A DNA stretch of 59,514 nt, the filler included. It is 4 parts of 4 records of this genome, joined end to end, with 100 filler letters (N's around TTAATTAATTAA, not from the genome) between each part and the next. Parts side by side here need not be neighbours in the genome. Positions count along the whole stretch, not along the records: positions 27,674 to 52,434 come from DRR723986_6457; 3 more parts are not named here. One strand, given 5' to 3'. This document shows positions 40,978-51,624 of the stretch, piece after piece. The first letter of the stretch is position 1; every line of letters begins with the position of its first letter. The position numbers and the translations under genes were made by a program. The notes beneath the pieces were generated by a model that saw only the letters and a list, made by a program, of their open reading frames with translations, ran no database searches and had not been told where the DNA came from.

Positions 40978-43900
40978 CTAATTCACAACTGGTATCGCAG
41001 AACCAGGTGTCCAAGGCGCACCGGCTTCCAGCATGGCTACTTGGAGTGCAGGTATTGTCTCGTTGACCAGCGTTTTAATGCGGTTGGTTGCGTCGGCTAG
41101 GCCTTCCAGCGCATATCCAAACTGCTCTCGGTGCTGCTGCGTGGGTCCGTAAGAGCCCCAATCAGCAGAAGAGGCAAACTGCAAGCGGCTTGAGACCGTT
41201 GCTGGTGTGGCGCCGAAGCCTTGTTGAGATTCAAGCCCATTAAGCTCATTTGAGATTGCATTCACTTCCGTGCGAATGCTTTCGTACATCACTTCCAGCG
41301 CCTGCGTGTTTACTGGCGTACGATCAAGGGCCGCGCGCAAAAGCGCGAGGTTGTCACGCGCACCATCCAGGCTCGCGGTTGCCGCACTGGCCTGCTTCAT
41401 TGCGGCGCTTATTTGTTTTGCAAAGGCTGCATTTGAAGCATGCCCTGCAGTTGGGAGTGCACCATCTCTGATAGATGCTAGCTCAAAGCTTACTGAATCA
41501 GCAAGTTGTGACACGTTGCCACCAATTCTCTGGAAAAGAGTGCCTGTATAAGTGCCTGGAGATGCCATGAAGCCGCCGCCATCGTTTGAAGCATCGGTCA
41601 CTGCACTTTCAGAGCTGTTTGTCATATCCCAGGTTATCCGGTGGAGGCCTTTTTTAACCTCGCCCTGAACTCGGTTAACGAAATTGCCACTTGCGTCACG
41701 AATTTCCAGATAGATGGCTGGTCCAGCTTCCTCATTCTCGGCTTCAATAGTATCCCAGCTCGGGTAACTGGGGTAGTTGCCATCTTCAATGGCGGCTTTT
41801 TCTGCCGCTTGGCGCTGTTGCTTGGCAGTTTGCAAGCTATCTTTCAAATAGTAAGTGAGTGTTGCGCCGTGCGCCGGGTTTTCGGCAGAAAATTCGCTAT
41901 CACCGATGCTGTCTGAATGGAGGCTGCTTTCGCGGTACCATTTGACGGTCCGGCCGGGACCAAAGAGCAGGGCATCTTGCTCAAGTGCATCTGCATTAAG
42001 GGACCGCAGCGGGCTATAGTCGTCGAGAATATATATCCCGCGGCCAAATGTGCCTGCCACAAGGTCGTTTTCATCGCGCTGGATCATCACATCGCGCGTT
42101 GAAATGGTCGGCATGCCGCCTTTTAGTTCAAGCCATTCATCACCACCATCGACAGTGAAAAACAGTCCAAATTCGGTACCAAGGAACATCAGGTCTTTAT
42201 TTATATGGTCTTGTACAATACGCCACACAAGATGTTTTTCCGGAAGGCTGTCAGCAAGTGACGTCCATGACCGGCCTAAATTGGTGGATTTGATGAGATA
42301 GGGTTTATAGTCGCCGTATTTGTGGTTATCGAGCGCCACATACACCGTCTCCCGATCAAAAAGGTCGGCACGGATATCATTGACATAGGCGGTTGCAGGA
42401 ATGCCCCGTATATCATCGAGCTCGATTTCTTTCCATGACTGTCCGCCGTCCGTAGTGACTTGAATCAGGCCGTCATCTGTTCCGGCCCATAGAACATTTT
42501 CGTCTACCGGGCTTTCAGCAAAGTTGGCGATGGTGTGGAAATTAGACATGGCAAGCAAGTCCCAGCCTGCTTCAACAGACCAGGTGCGACCCATCATCGG
42601 ATACTGCATACGGTCGCCGTTTTTGGTCAGGTCAGGCGAGATAGCTGTCCAGCTGTCGCCTCGGTCGTCTGAACGCCAAACTCGTTGTGACGCGTGATAT
42701 ATGCGCGCTGGGTCATGAGCCGACACATTGATCGGTGCGTCCCAGTTAAACCGCTCAGCAGGGTCACCGGGTTTTGGTTGTGGTTTAATGAAGGTTACTT
42801 CACCGGTTTTTCTGTCATGGCGGGCCAGACTACCCTGTTGCCACTGCGAATACACGATATTGGGGTTTCCGGGTTCTGTGGCAGGTTGGTGACCATCGGC
42901 GAATAGAGTGAGGAACCAATCTTTGTTTTTGATTCCTTCTTCCCTGTCAGTTCTTGAGGGGCCACCTTGCGTAGAGTTATCCTGCGTGCCGCCATATACG
43001 AAATAAAATGGTTTAGCGTCATCAACAGCAATCTTATAAAACTGTGAAACCGGCAAGTTGGAGATGAACTGCCAGTTTTTCATTCGGTCATGGCTCATAT
43101 ATATGCCGCCATCTGAACCAACTAAGGTAAAGTCTGGGTCGGTTGGATGAAATGCCATTGCATGGTCATCAACATGTTTTTTGTCGTTGCCGAGCGGACC
43201 CCAAGTTTTGCCGCCGTCATTGGAAACTCGGCTGTTATTGCTCATCAGGTAAATACGATCAAACTGATGTTGGTCTGCAAACAGTTCCTGATAATAGTGG
43301 GGGCCTGTGCCGCCGCTGACCTCGTCAGACATTTTTTTCCAGCTGGCACCGCGGTTTGCTGAGCGGTAAAGGCCGCCCCTACGATTATCAACCTCAACAG
43401 CGGCATAAACCACATCTGGCTGCATCGGCGAAATCGCCAGGCCGATTTTACCCATATTGCCCTTGGGGAGACCGGTTTCAACTTCGCTCCATGTATCGCC
43501 GCCGTCATCAGAGGTGAAAATGCCTGCACCCGGGCCTGTGCCCACGTAAGCTGCTATGGTGCGCTGCCGCGCCCAAGTGGCAGCATAAAGCCGGTCAGGA
43601 TTGCGAGAATCGATCACAAGAGAGGTTACGCCAGTCCATTCATCTGTTTCCAGCACTCGTGTCCAATTTTCGCCGCCATCTGTGGTTTTATAGAGGCCAC
43701 GCTCGCCGCCGCTTGTCCAAAGAGGACCCTGCGATGAAACCCAAACAATATCGGGGTTGGTAGGATGCACAATGATATCAGAGATGTGTTCTGATTGCGT
43801 GAGCCCCATGTTTTTCCATGTTTTGCCACCATCATTAGATTTGTAAACACCGTCACCAAAGCTGATATGCCTGCCACCATTGTTTTCGCCGGTGCCGACC

Positions 43901-44253
43901 CAAATAATATTTGGATTACTGGGGCTAATGGTAACATCGCCGGTGGAGTATACCGCCTGTTTGTCGAAGATAGGGGCCCAGGTGGTGCCATTGTTTTCCG
44001 TCTTCCAAACGCCGCCAGAACCTACCGCGACATACCATGTTGATGGGTTGGTTTGGTCAACTGCGATATCTGCAATGCGCCCAGACATATATGCAGGGCC
44101 AATGTTGCGCATTTTCATGGCTGAAAAAGTTTCGCTAGACATAGCCTTTGCCTCTTCGGTAGACCCAGATTGGCCCTGAACCGGCGTTATTGGTATGATT
44201 GCTACAGTCATTAGCGCTGATGCGACAAACGCAGATTTTATGAAACGAAACAT
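40978..44253 (-). CDS. Secreted VPS10/BNR-repeat beta-propeller protein (annotated 'glycosyl hydrolase' family)
   Basis: Signal peptide; RNIGPAYMSGRIAD; repeated S/T.DGG.TW Asp-boxes; GGTQDN; RFNWDAP. Confidence 0.9.
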   Translation of the reverse strand: MFRFIKSAFVASALMTVAIIPITPVQGQSGSTEEAKAMSSETFSAMKMRNIGPAYMSGRIADIAVDQTNPSTWYVAVGSGGVWKTENNGTTWAPIFDKQAVYSTGDVTISPSNPNIIWVGTGENNGGRHISFGDGVYKSNDGGKTWKNMGLTQSEHISDIIVHPTNPDIVWVSSQGPLWTSGGERGLYKTTDGGENWTRVLETDEWTGVTSLVIDSRNPDRLYAATWARQRTIAAYVGTGPGAGIFTSDDGGDTWSEVETGLPKGNMGKIGLAISPMQPDVVYAAVEVDNRRGGLYRSANRGASWKKMSDEVSGGTGPHYYQELFADQHQFDRIYLMSNNSRVSNDGGKTWGPLGNDKKHVDDHAMAFHPTDPDFTLVGSDGGIYMSHDRMKNWQFISNLPVSQFYKIAVDDAKPFYFVYGGTQDNSTQGGPSRTDREEGIKNKDWFLTLFADGHQPATEPGNPNIVYSQWQQGSLARHDRKTGEVTFIKPQPKPGDPAERFNWDAPINVSAHDPARIYHASQRVWRSDDRGDSWTAISPDLTKNGDRMQYPMMGRTWSVEAGWDLLAMSNFHTIANFAESPVDENVLWAGTDDGLIQVTTDGGQSWKEIELDDIRGIPATAYVNDIRADLFDRETVYVALDNHKYGDYKPYLIKSTNLGRSWTSLADSLPEKHLVWRIVQDHINKDLMFLGTEFGLFFTVDGGDEWLELKGGMPTISTRDVMIQRDENDLVAGTFGRGIYILDDYSPLRSLNADALEQDALLFGPGRTVKWYRESSLHSDSIGDSEFSAENPAHGATLTYYLKDSLQTAKQQRQAAEKAAIEDGNYPSYPSWDTIEAENEEAGPAIYLEIRDASGNFVNRVQGEVKKGLHRITWDMTNSSESAVTDASNDGGGFMASPGTYTGTLFQRIGGNVSQLADSVSFELASIRDGALPTAGHASNAAFAKQISAAMKQASAATASLDGARDNLALLRAALDRTPVNTQALEVMYESIRTEVNAISNELNGLESQQGFGATPATVSSRLQFASSADWGSYGPTQQHREQFGYALEGLADATNRIKTLVNETIPALQVAMLEAGAPWTPGSAIPVVN

Positions 44254-44454
44254 TGTGACTTCCCCTGTTGCCCTTAATTAGTGTTTAAAAGCATATCATG
44301 TATACCAATCGCCTCAACGGATAATTCTCATGTCCAACCAAAGTTTATCGATGGATTTCGATATATTTCATTGCGTGGTTTAATGGGATGTAACTTAAAC
44401 AGCTTAATTTAAGCGCGTCGCGAGTTCCTACGCGCGAACCAACTTGGATGAGCA

Positions 44455-44601
44455 ATGGCAAAAATGCTTAAGAAATCTAACCTTCCTGTGAAGGTATGCC
44501 TTGTGTGTAAACGACCGTTCACGTGGCGCAAAAAGTGGGCAAAGGATTGGGATTCGGTAAAATATTGTTCGGTACGGTGCCGCAGGGCCGCAAAAATTTA
44601 A
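44455..44601 (+). CDS. DUF2256 family small Cys-rich protein (48 aa, absent from ORF track)
   Basis: Manual translation [48 protein letters not shown]. Confidence 0.9.
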   Translation: MAKMLKKSNLPVKVCLVCKRPFTWRKKWAKDWDSVKYCSVRCRRAAKI

Positions 44602-46127
44602 CTATTAAGCGTTTCTAAAAAAACTTCCGCACTTGTCAAATACTCTAACTTCTTCTCGTCTGCCATTTTGCCCCACGTACGGTACATATGTCCCAAGCGG
44701 GGGTTGGTTTTTAGCTTGTCTTCGTTTCTGTCTAAAAATTGCCAGTAAAGCGCATTAAAAGGGCAGGCATTTTTACCAGTTTTCTTTTTAACATCATATG
44801 TGCAGTGATCACAGTAGTTGGACATTTTCGCAATGTAATTACCGCTGGATATATAGGGCTTTGACCCCAAAAGGCCACCATCAGCAAACTGGCTCATGCC
44901 GATAGTATTTGGCATTTCAACCCATTCAAAAGCATCGGCATAAACCATCAGGTACCATTGATGCACTTCATGGGGGTTTGCACCAATAAGAAGGGCAAAA
45001 TTGCCTGTTATCATCAAACGCTGAATATGATGGGCGTAGGCATCAGTTTTGGTTTGGCCAATCGCCTCTGCCATGCATCGCATGTCAGTTTTGCCGGTCC
45101 AGTAAAAATCGGGCAAAGGCCTGTCGGCATTCAAATAATTGACGTTTTCATAATCGGGCATTTTCAGCCAATAAATGCCGCGTATATATTCACGCCATCC
45201 AATTATCTGCCGTATAAAACCTTCAACAGAGTTTAGCGGCGCGTGACCACTAAGATACGAAATTTCTACACGTTTGCATATATCAAGCGCGTCCAACAGG
45301 CCGACATTGAGATACAGCGATATTACTGAATGATAGAGGTATTTTTCTCCCACCAACATTGCGTCTTGGTAGTCCCCGAAATTTGGTAGGGTTTCGTCGA
45401 TGAACAAATCCAGCGCTTTCTCCGCTTGCGACGAGGTTACGCCGAACCAAAAGTCGTCAAGATCACCAAAGTGGTCGCCAAATTTATGCTCTACCAAGGA
45501 TAGAACTTCCTTTGTGATTTCGTCGGGTACATGCCGTTGGGGTTGGGGCATAAACATGTCATTTTGTGCAGGTTTACGGTTCTCGCTGTCGAAGTTCCAT
45601 TTGCCGCCAATTGGTTTGTCATTCTCCATAAGTAAGTTGGTTTTACGGCGCATCTCGCGGTAGAAATATTCCATCCTCAGTGATTTTCGGCCCTTAGCCC
45701 AGTCGGCAAATTCACCTTCGCTTGCAATGAAGCGCGTGTCTTCGCGAATATCTACACAAATACCCAATTGGCCTTGCCAGTTCTTTACATCCTCTAGCAC
45801 GCGGTATTCGGAGGGCTTCGTAACCAGCACTTTTTGGAAAGAGTGACATTCAAGCGCTCGTTTCAATTCTTCAGTGAATGAACCAGAATTTTCTGGGTCA
45901 TCGAGTTTCACATAATTGACGGTGAAGCCTTTTTGTTTCAGCTCTTTTGCAAAGTGCCGCATTGCAGAAAAGATAAAGGCGATTTTCTTCTTATGGTGTT
46001 TCACATAAGTCGCTTCTTCCTGCACTTCTGCCATCAAGATATAATCATGTTCAGGGTCGGCGCCGATAAGCGAAGAAACGCTATGTGAGAGTTGATCGCC
46101 CATAATGAATATTAGATTTTTAGGCAT
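44598..46127 (-). CDS. FeS-cluster bacterial cryptochrome/(6-4) photolyase (Agrobacterium PhrB / Rhodobacter CryB class)
   Basis: [51 protein letters not shown]. Confidence 0.95.
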   Translation of the reverse strand: MPKNLIFIMGDQLSHSVSSLIGADPEHDYILMAEVQEEATYVKHHKKKIAFIFSAMRHFAKELKQKGFTVNYVKLDDPENSGSFTEELKRALECHSFQKVLVTKPSEYRVLEDVKNWQGQLGICVDIREDTRFIASEGEFADWAKGRKSLRMEYFYREMRRKTNLLMENDKPIGGKWNFDSENRKPAQNDMFMPQPQRHVPDEITKEVLSLVEHKFGDHFGDLDDFWFGVTSSQAEKALDLFIDETLPNFGDYQDAMLVGEKYLYHSVISLYLNVGLLDALDICKRVEISYLSGHAPLNSVEGFIRQIIGWREYIRGIYWLKMPDYENVNYLNADRPLPDFYWTGKTDMRCMAEAIGQTKTDAYAHHIQRLMITGNFALLIGANPHEVHQWYLMVYADAFEWVEMPNTIGMSQFADGGLLGSKPYISSGNYIAKMSNYCDHCTYDVKKKTGKNACPFNALYWQFLDRNEDKLKTNPRLGHMYRTWGKMADEKKLEYLTSAEVFLETLNS

Positions 46128-46163
46128 ATTAAATAAGGCTTTATTGAATTTGAAAGGACGGGT

Positions 46164-47024
46164 TTATCGAGACTGTGCGTCTTTGACTATTCGAAAGCCA
46201 ATGTGATTGGCAGAGAAATTTGTTTCATGTTTCTCCTGCGCTGGCACAGTGTAGTTTTGGCAATAGTTGTCAGCGCACAAAAACGAGCCGCCTTTAATTA
46301 TATTGGAATGTTGTTGCCCATTGCCGTAGGGCGATGCTGTCCATTCCCATACATTGCCAATCACATCATATAGGCCTGCTTGGTTTGGCGGAAAACACCC
46401 CACGGGCGCGCGCCGGAGGAAGCCATCTTGGTTGGTGTTTTGTATGGGGAACATGCCTTGCCAAGTGTTTGCCTGCTCTTTGCCGTCAATTGTTTTCTCA
46501 TTGCCCCAAGCATAGCGTGTTGTTACACCCGCACCGGCTGCATACTCCCATTCTGCCTCAGTGGGTAGGCGGCCACCTGCCCATTGAGCATAGGCTACCG
46601 CGTCATCATATGAAACTTGGACCACGGGGTATTGAGCTTGCCCTTCAATGGAACTTTCGCCGCCGTCCGGTACAGTCCAATTGGCTTCCGGCGCATACTG
46701 CCACCAATATTGGCCAAATTCTTCTGGTACGATAAATACCGCACCGCCACCTTCAGTTTCTGATGACGAGCCACCCGCAGTTTTTTTCTCTGCGTCGGTT
46801 ACATATCCCGTTTCTTGGACAAAGAAAGCAAATTGATTGTTGGTGATTTCTGTCTGGCTAATCAGGAAATTAGACAAGCCAGTTTTACTAGGAGGGGAGA
46901 TTTCAATCAAAGTTCCAGCTTCAAAAACCGCGCATGATTGGGTGTTGCTTGAAACATCTGCAACTTGCACACATGCGGCAAGTACGAAAACTGAGAGAAG
47001 GCTATAAAAATGCTTTGAAATCAT
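46164..47024 (-). CDS. Formylglycine-generating enzyme (FGE-sulfatase/SUMF1) family lipoprotein
   Basis: LAAC lipobox, EITN.QF, PVVQVSYDDA, RLPTEAEWEYAA, GNVWEW, GGSFLCADNYC, HIGFR. Confidence 0.9.
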   Translation of the reverse strand: MISKHFYSLLSVFVLAACVQVADVSSNTQSCAVFEAGTLIEISPPSKTGLSNFLISQTEITNNQFAFFVQETGYVTDAEKKTAGGSSSETEGGGAVFIVPEEFGQYWWQYAPEANWTVPDGGESSIEGQAQYPVVQVSYDDAVAYAQWAGGRLPTEAEWEYAAGAGVTTRYAWGNEKTIDGKEQANTWQGMFPIQNTNQDGFLRRAPVGCFPPNQAGLYDVIGNVWEWTASPYGNGQQHSNIIKGGSFLCADNYCQNYTVPAQEKHETNFSANHIGFRIVKDAQSR

Positions 47025-47074
47025 AGGTTCCTTACTCTTTAGAGAGATTTTTGGCTTTGGCTTACAGATGACGC

Positions 47075-47317
47075 TTACGGGCTATCTGGTGACCCGGCGT
47101 CTTCCGCAATGGACGCCTCTTGCTTTTCCAAAACGTCATATAGGGGGAAAACAACCCATGTATTATTAAGATAGTTAAGCTCAGGCACTTCTTCCTTCGG
47201 ATCTACAATTAAATTGTAAATAGAAGGATATACCATTTCTCTTGTAGCGTAACTTTTTTCATCTATTTCTCTCAGCAGTATTTTCCAGTTTCGCCACTTT
47301 GCACCAAAAAGGGTATT
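47075..47317 (-). pseudogene. C-terminal remnant (80 codons) of an arylsulfatase
   Basis: Manual translation NTLFGAKWRNWKILL...YPSIYNLIVDPKEE...TWV...; in-frame TGA a few codons upstream and no start 5' of the homology; directly upstream of the FGE gene. Confidence 0.7.
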
Positions 47318-47778
47318 GCAGATTTGTTGAAGACTCTGTCACACGGTATCTCTTGTTACATGTAAGCTTAACCATGTTTAAGTTTCTAACGTGCTGAATG
47401 GGTGAAACTCAGGCTATAAACACTACTGTATTTTAAGCGGTGGTGACAAGGTCTAAGTCTGTATTGAGCATAAGAATGTGATCACATTTTTGTATCATTA
47501 TTGAAGTGATGGCCAACGCAAATAATGGGTTAAAAACGCAGACGCTTTTTAACCCATTCTTACCTAAATCCAGGAACATGTGATGATTTTATCCATACAT
47601 TTTCTTTGTTTTTAATGGTAGGACTGACTGAAATTGACGCTGCAAGGTGCGCTTTTCGGTGAATTTTTTTCTACAGTCAGCTTCGCCGACGGGTTAATAT
47701 CAAAGACGACGCCGAAGTGTTAGAAGCCGTTATTCGTGTTTTGGATGAGTAAACATTGAATATTGAAGATCGAAGAAT

Positions 47779-48468
47779 ATGAAGATCGAAAAAATAGGGC
47801 GCAAACAAACGAAGAGTGCGGAGTGTAGTTCATTGCAAGCGCGGCCAAAGCGTCGACGTCATTTGCCTAAAGCAGAGCGCCGGCAGCAGTTGATAGATGC
47901 GACCATTGACTCGATCATGCGTCGTGGCTTTTCAGAAACAACACTAAGTCATGTAACGAAAACCGCTGGCTTAAGTCAGGGCATTGTCAATCTACACTTT
48001 GACAATAAAGACACTTTACTGGTTGAAACACTAAAGCATTTGCGCGAGGAATTTGGGCTAGCATGGCACAAATATTTGGTGGAAGCGGGCGATGACCCGG
48101 CCCAACAACTTAAGGCTTTGGTCGATGTTTGTTTCGACCGATCTATTTGTAATAAGAAGAAAATAGCTGGTTGGTTTGCTTTCATTGGCGAAGCGAAGTC
48201 TCGCCCGGTTTACCGGCAAATATGTGAAGCTTATGACAAAGAATATTATGATGCAGTTGTGCAAGTTTGCGAAACATTGACCGAGCAAGGTAATTATTCC
48301 GGTTTTGATGCAAATCAGGTAGCGAGTGCCTTGGAAGCTTTATTGGAAGGTCTTTGGTTGTCTATCCATACCTCGCCGTCATATATGGACCGGCAGAAAG
48401 CACGCTCAATAAGCGCTGTTTTCCTAGGTCAATTTTTCCCCAAACACTTCGCTGGCGCCGCTTCTTGA
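47779..48468 (+). CDS. TetR-family regulator, BetI-like
   Basis: RRQQLIDATIDSI...G.S.TT...V...AGLSQGIVNLHF.NK..L; C-terminal LLEGLWL. Confidence 0.9.
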   Translation: MKIEKIGRKQTKSAECSSLQARPKRRRHLPKAERRQQLIDATIDSIMRRGFSETTLSHVTKTAGLSQGIVNLHFDNKDTLLVETLKHLREEFGLAWHKYLVEAGDDPAQQLKALVDVCFDRSICNKKKIAGWFAFIGEAKSRPVYRQICEAYDKEYYDAVVQVCETLTEQGNYSGFDANQVASALEALLEGLWLSIHTSPSYMDRQKARSISAVFLGQFFPKHFAGAAS

Positions 48469-48677
48469 TCAGCTGAAATCTTTGTGAGGCAAGCGTACGG
48501 GCTAATTTTTATGATACTTTGCGATTGACCGATTAGGACAGGCGCTTGCTTTTTTCTTTGCCCAGATTACTTTGTCGCTATATCAATGTTTCATAAAAAG
48601 AGGCTGACATTTCAAAGACCGGTACCCCAAATACATCTGCTATTGACGCAAAGACAGTTTTCCAAAATGCAACACGT

Positions 48678-50660
48678 ATGATGGATAACCGTGAATTTAA
48701 GAAGGCGGAAAACTGTTTGCTGGTAGCGCTTGCTCAACAACCTAATGATCCTAATCTGTTACGTGTTTTAGGTGTTGCTTTATGTAGGCAAGAACGTTTT
48801 GAAGAAGCGCTTAAGCATCTAACGCATGTTATCCGTTTAGCGCCTACTTTTGCTCCCGCTTATGAAAACCTTGCTGAAGCCCAAATGTTGTCGGGGCAAC
48901 TTGACGCGGCCATGAAGTCTTTTCAGACAGCTTTGAAACATAATCCTCAATCAAATACGGCGGCATTGAAACTGGGTGAGCTTCTTTCGTTAACGGGTAG
49001 AAGTGCTGAGGCTGATGAGGTTTTTCAAAAGACATTAGATAATGATCCGGAGAGAGGCAAACTTGCCGATGCCATGCAGCTTGTCCAAGACGGTAAGTTG
49101 GACCAAGCCGAGGCGGCGTACCGTGAAGTTTTGCGCCGTAAACCAGATCATGTGGATGCGTTGAGGCTCATGGGTGTTTTATCAATGCGCCGCGAAAATC
49201 ATAGTGACGGTGAAGCTTACTTCCGCAGGTCGCTTGAATTGGCGCCAGATTTTTGGACCGCATGGATTAACCTTGGTGTAGCATTGAATGAGCAGCAGAA
49301 ATTTAGTGAAGCCGAGGGCGCCTATCTTCAGGCCTTGAAGTTGAAGCCCAGTAGTGTTCATACCCTGGAGAAACTTGGGTCAAATTGCATGAACGATGGC
49401 CGTATGGATGATGCCGTTAAATGGTTGGAGCAATCCATAGAAATTGACCCTAACCATTTTCCGTCGCTTTTGGTTTTAGGCCATGCATTAAAAACTATAG
49501 GCCGACAAGATGAGGCGATTTCTGCTTACCGTCGATGCGCGGCTGCAAAACCTGATTTTGGTGAAGTTTATTGGAGTTTGGCAAACCTTAAAACTTATAA
49601 GTTTGAAGATGACCAGTTGACAGAAATGCAGGCTCGTTTGGCTGAAACAGCTTCTAACCCTGCAGCGGAAGAGTCGGAAATTTCATTTTTATTTGCGCTC
49701 GGTAAAGCATTTGAGGATCGAAAAGATTATCCCAAAGCATTCGATTTTTATTTGCGTGGCAATCAGAAAAAACGACTGACTGTTAATTATGATCCGATTG
49801 AGTTTGAAACGCATATTGATCGTTTAATTGAGGTATACTCCGCTGATTTTTTCAAGGAACGGGAAGGGCAGGGGTGCCAAGATGGCTCGCCGATTTTTAT
49901 CGTTGGGTTGCCGCGGTCTGGCTCCACATTGCAGGAGCAGATTTTGGCCAGTCATTCCGAAGTGGAAGGCACTGCCGAGCTGCACTATTTGCTGCGTATC
50001 GCCAGTGAGTCTGGTATGAACCGAGGGGACGGAATTAGATACCCTCAATGTATGTTAGAGCAAAAGCCCTATCAATTGTCTGGTCTTGGTGAAGAGTATT
50101 TGGAACACACAGAAAACCACCGAACAGGTGCGAAATATTTCACCGATAAACTGCCAAATAATTTCACTGGAATAGGTTTTTTGCAAGCAACATTGCCAAA
50201 TGCCAAAGTGATTGATGCACGCCGCCATCCGCTTGATAGTTGCTTAGGTAGTTTCAAGCAGTTGTTCGCTAAAGGCCAGGTTTTTACTTATGATATGTAT
50301 GACTTGGCGCATTATTACAGCCAATATATTCGCATTATGGATCATTGGAATACCGTTTTGCCGGGTAAGGTTTTAACGGTGCATTATGAAGAGGTGGTGG
50401 CTGACCTTGATACGCAGGCGCGCCGCGTTGCGAGACATTGCGGTTTGAATTGGGAAGACCAAATGCTTCGTTTTTATGAAACTGAGCGGGCCGTAAAAAC
50501 CGCAAGCTCTGAGCAGGTGCGCAAACCCATCTATAGCGAATCGGTTAATCTTTGGCGCAAATATGAAGATGAACTCGCGGAGTTGATTGATTTCTTGGAG
50601 CCTGTATTGCTTAAGCTGCCAAAAGAAGCTCGCCCAAAAAGCTTGCAGAGCATGGACTAA
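48678..50660 (+). CDS. TPR-repeat sulfotransferase-family protein (true start may be ATT at 48609)
   Basis: Multiple TPRs, then PIFIVGLPRSGSTL.EQIL (5'-PSB), TDKLPNNF, RRHPLDSC, TASSEQVRKPIY. Confidence 0.92.
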   Translation: MMDNREFKKAENCLLVALAQQPNDPNLLRVLGVALCRQERFEEALKHLTHVIRLAPTFAPAYENLAEAQMLSGQLDAAMKSFQTALKHNPQSNTAALKLGELLSLTGRSAEADEVFQKTLDNDPERGKLADAMQLVQDGKLDQAEAAYREVLRRKPDHVDALRLMGVLSMRRENHSDGEAYFRRSLELAPDFWTAWINLGVALNEQQKFSEAEGAYLQALKLKPSSVHTLEKLGSNCMNDGRMDDAVKWLEQSIEIDPNHFPSLLVLGHALKTIGRQDEAISAYRRCAAAKPDFGEVYWSLANLKTYKFEDDQLTEMQARLAETASNPAAEESEISFLFALGKAFEDRKDYPKAFDFYLRGNQKKRLTVNYDPIEFETHIDRLIEVYSADFFKEREGQGCQDGSPIFIVGLPRSGSTLQEQILASHSEVEGTAELHYLLRIASESGMNRGDGIRYPQCMLEQKPYQLSGLGEEYLEHTENHRTGAKYFTDKLPNNFTGIGFLQATLPNAKVIDARRHPLDSCLGSFKQLFAKGQVFTYDMYDLAHYYSQYIRIMDHWNTVLPGKVLTVHYEEVVADLDTQARRVARHCGLNWEDQMLRFYETERAVKTASSEQVRKPIYSESVNLWRKYEDELAELIDFLEPVLLKLPKEARPKSLQSMD

Positions 50661-51589
50661 GCCTTGCTGGGCCATTTATATGGCCAAACCTCTAAGCCAT
50701 GAATCGCATTGCGAATATCCATGGAAAGATTGATGACTTTGCTCGGTTTTTGCTTGGCTAAGTCATATAGCGTGATTGTGGACGGCGAAGATCCACCAGC
50801 AATAATATTGTCATCTAAAACGCATAACCCACGACCAAAGCCTTGGCGTGCAATGCGGCTGTCATCCAATTTTGTGTGGGTTAATTTGTGGTCTGGAAAG
50901 CGTGGAACTCGAAAAGCAGCACGATCGGAAGGGCTTTCAAACCTAACAGCATTTGATTTGGTATCATTGAAAAGAATGCCGTCTTTATAAGGGATGGCAT
51001 TGTGAACACCCTCTGGCAAAGTTGTGTAAACACTGACAGTTTTGCCATTGAAATTTAGGAGGTTTCTTGAGCGTAGACCACTAATGAACATGCCGTTTTT
51101 GCTGCAATAAACAGAATTTAGGTGCAGTTTGTTAAGCTGAATCGGGCCGTCTTCGGCAACGGGATTAAAACGCGAAGCTGCAAAGCGAACACCATCAGTT
51201 TTAATGTTAAGTGCCCAATCAAATGCCTTTTTCTCTAAATTGAAGCCTAGGATACTGTCAAAGCCAGTAGATGTAATGAATAAATGATCGCCGTATACGC
51301 AGATTTCATGACAATGCTTTAAATAAGGGTTGGTATAAGAACCAATCATTTCAAAGTGTTGATTAAAAATAAAAAGTTCGTTGCTCGCGGCCACGTATAT
51401 TTGTTCATCATGAAAAGCAATGCCTCTAAGGCCTCTGTCCCACCCTCGACCTTGCCAATCAATGTTAATTGTATTCCAGTCAACGGGCTGAAGTATTTGG
51501 TCTGTTTCAGTATCTATGATGTAGATGCCGCCATGGCTTTCGCCCTGGTTGCTGCCCCGCACCACTGAAGTTGCAATTAAATGCGTCAC
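50657..51589 (-). CDS. Conserved hypothetical protein, probable beta-propeller
   Basis: 310-aa ORF with GTG start and GAGG RBS; blade-like motifs RGLRGIAF, HCHEI, HLNSV, HNA, GFGRGLC, IHGLE with recurrent His. Confidence 0.65.
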   Translation of the reverse strand: MTHLIATSVVRGSNQGESHGGIYIIDTETDQILQPVDWNTINIDWQGRGWDRGLRGIAFHDEQIYVAASNELFIFNQHFEMIGSYTNPYLKHCHEICVYGDHLFITSTGFDSILGFNLEKKAFDWALNIKTDGVRFAASRFNPVAEDGPIQLNKLHLNSVYCSKNGMFISGLRSRNLLNFNGKTVSVYTTLPEGVHNAIPYKDGILFNDTKSNAVRFESPSDRAAFRVPRFPDHKLTHTKLDDSRIARQGFGRGLCVLDDNIIAGGSSPSTITLYDLAKQKPSKVINLSMDIRNAIHGLEVWPYKWPSKA

Positions 51590-51624
51590 AAATGAGCCTC
51601 TTTGGTTCGTAAATTTTAAGAATT

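Noticed and set aside
47615-47752. Short frame with an internal TGA (MVGLTEIDAARCAFR*IFFYSQLRRR...), possible gene remnant or readthrough
   Set aside because: Too short to assign by eye; no SECIS-like hairpin or selenoprotein context.
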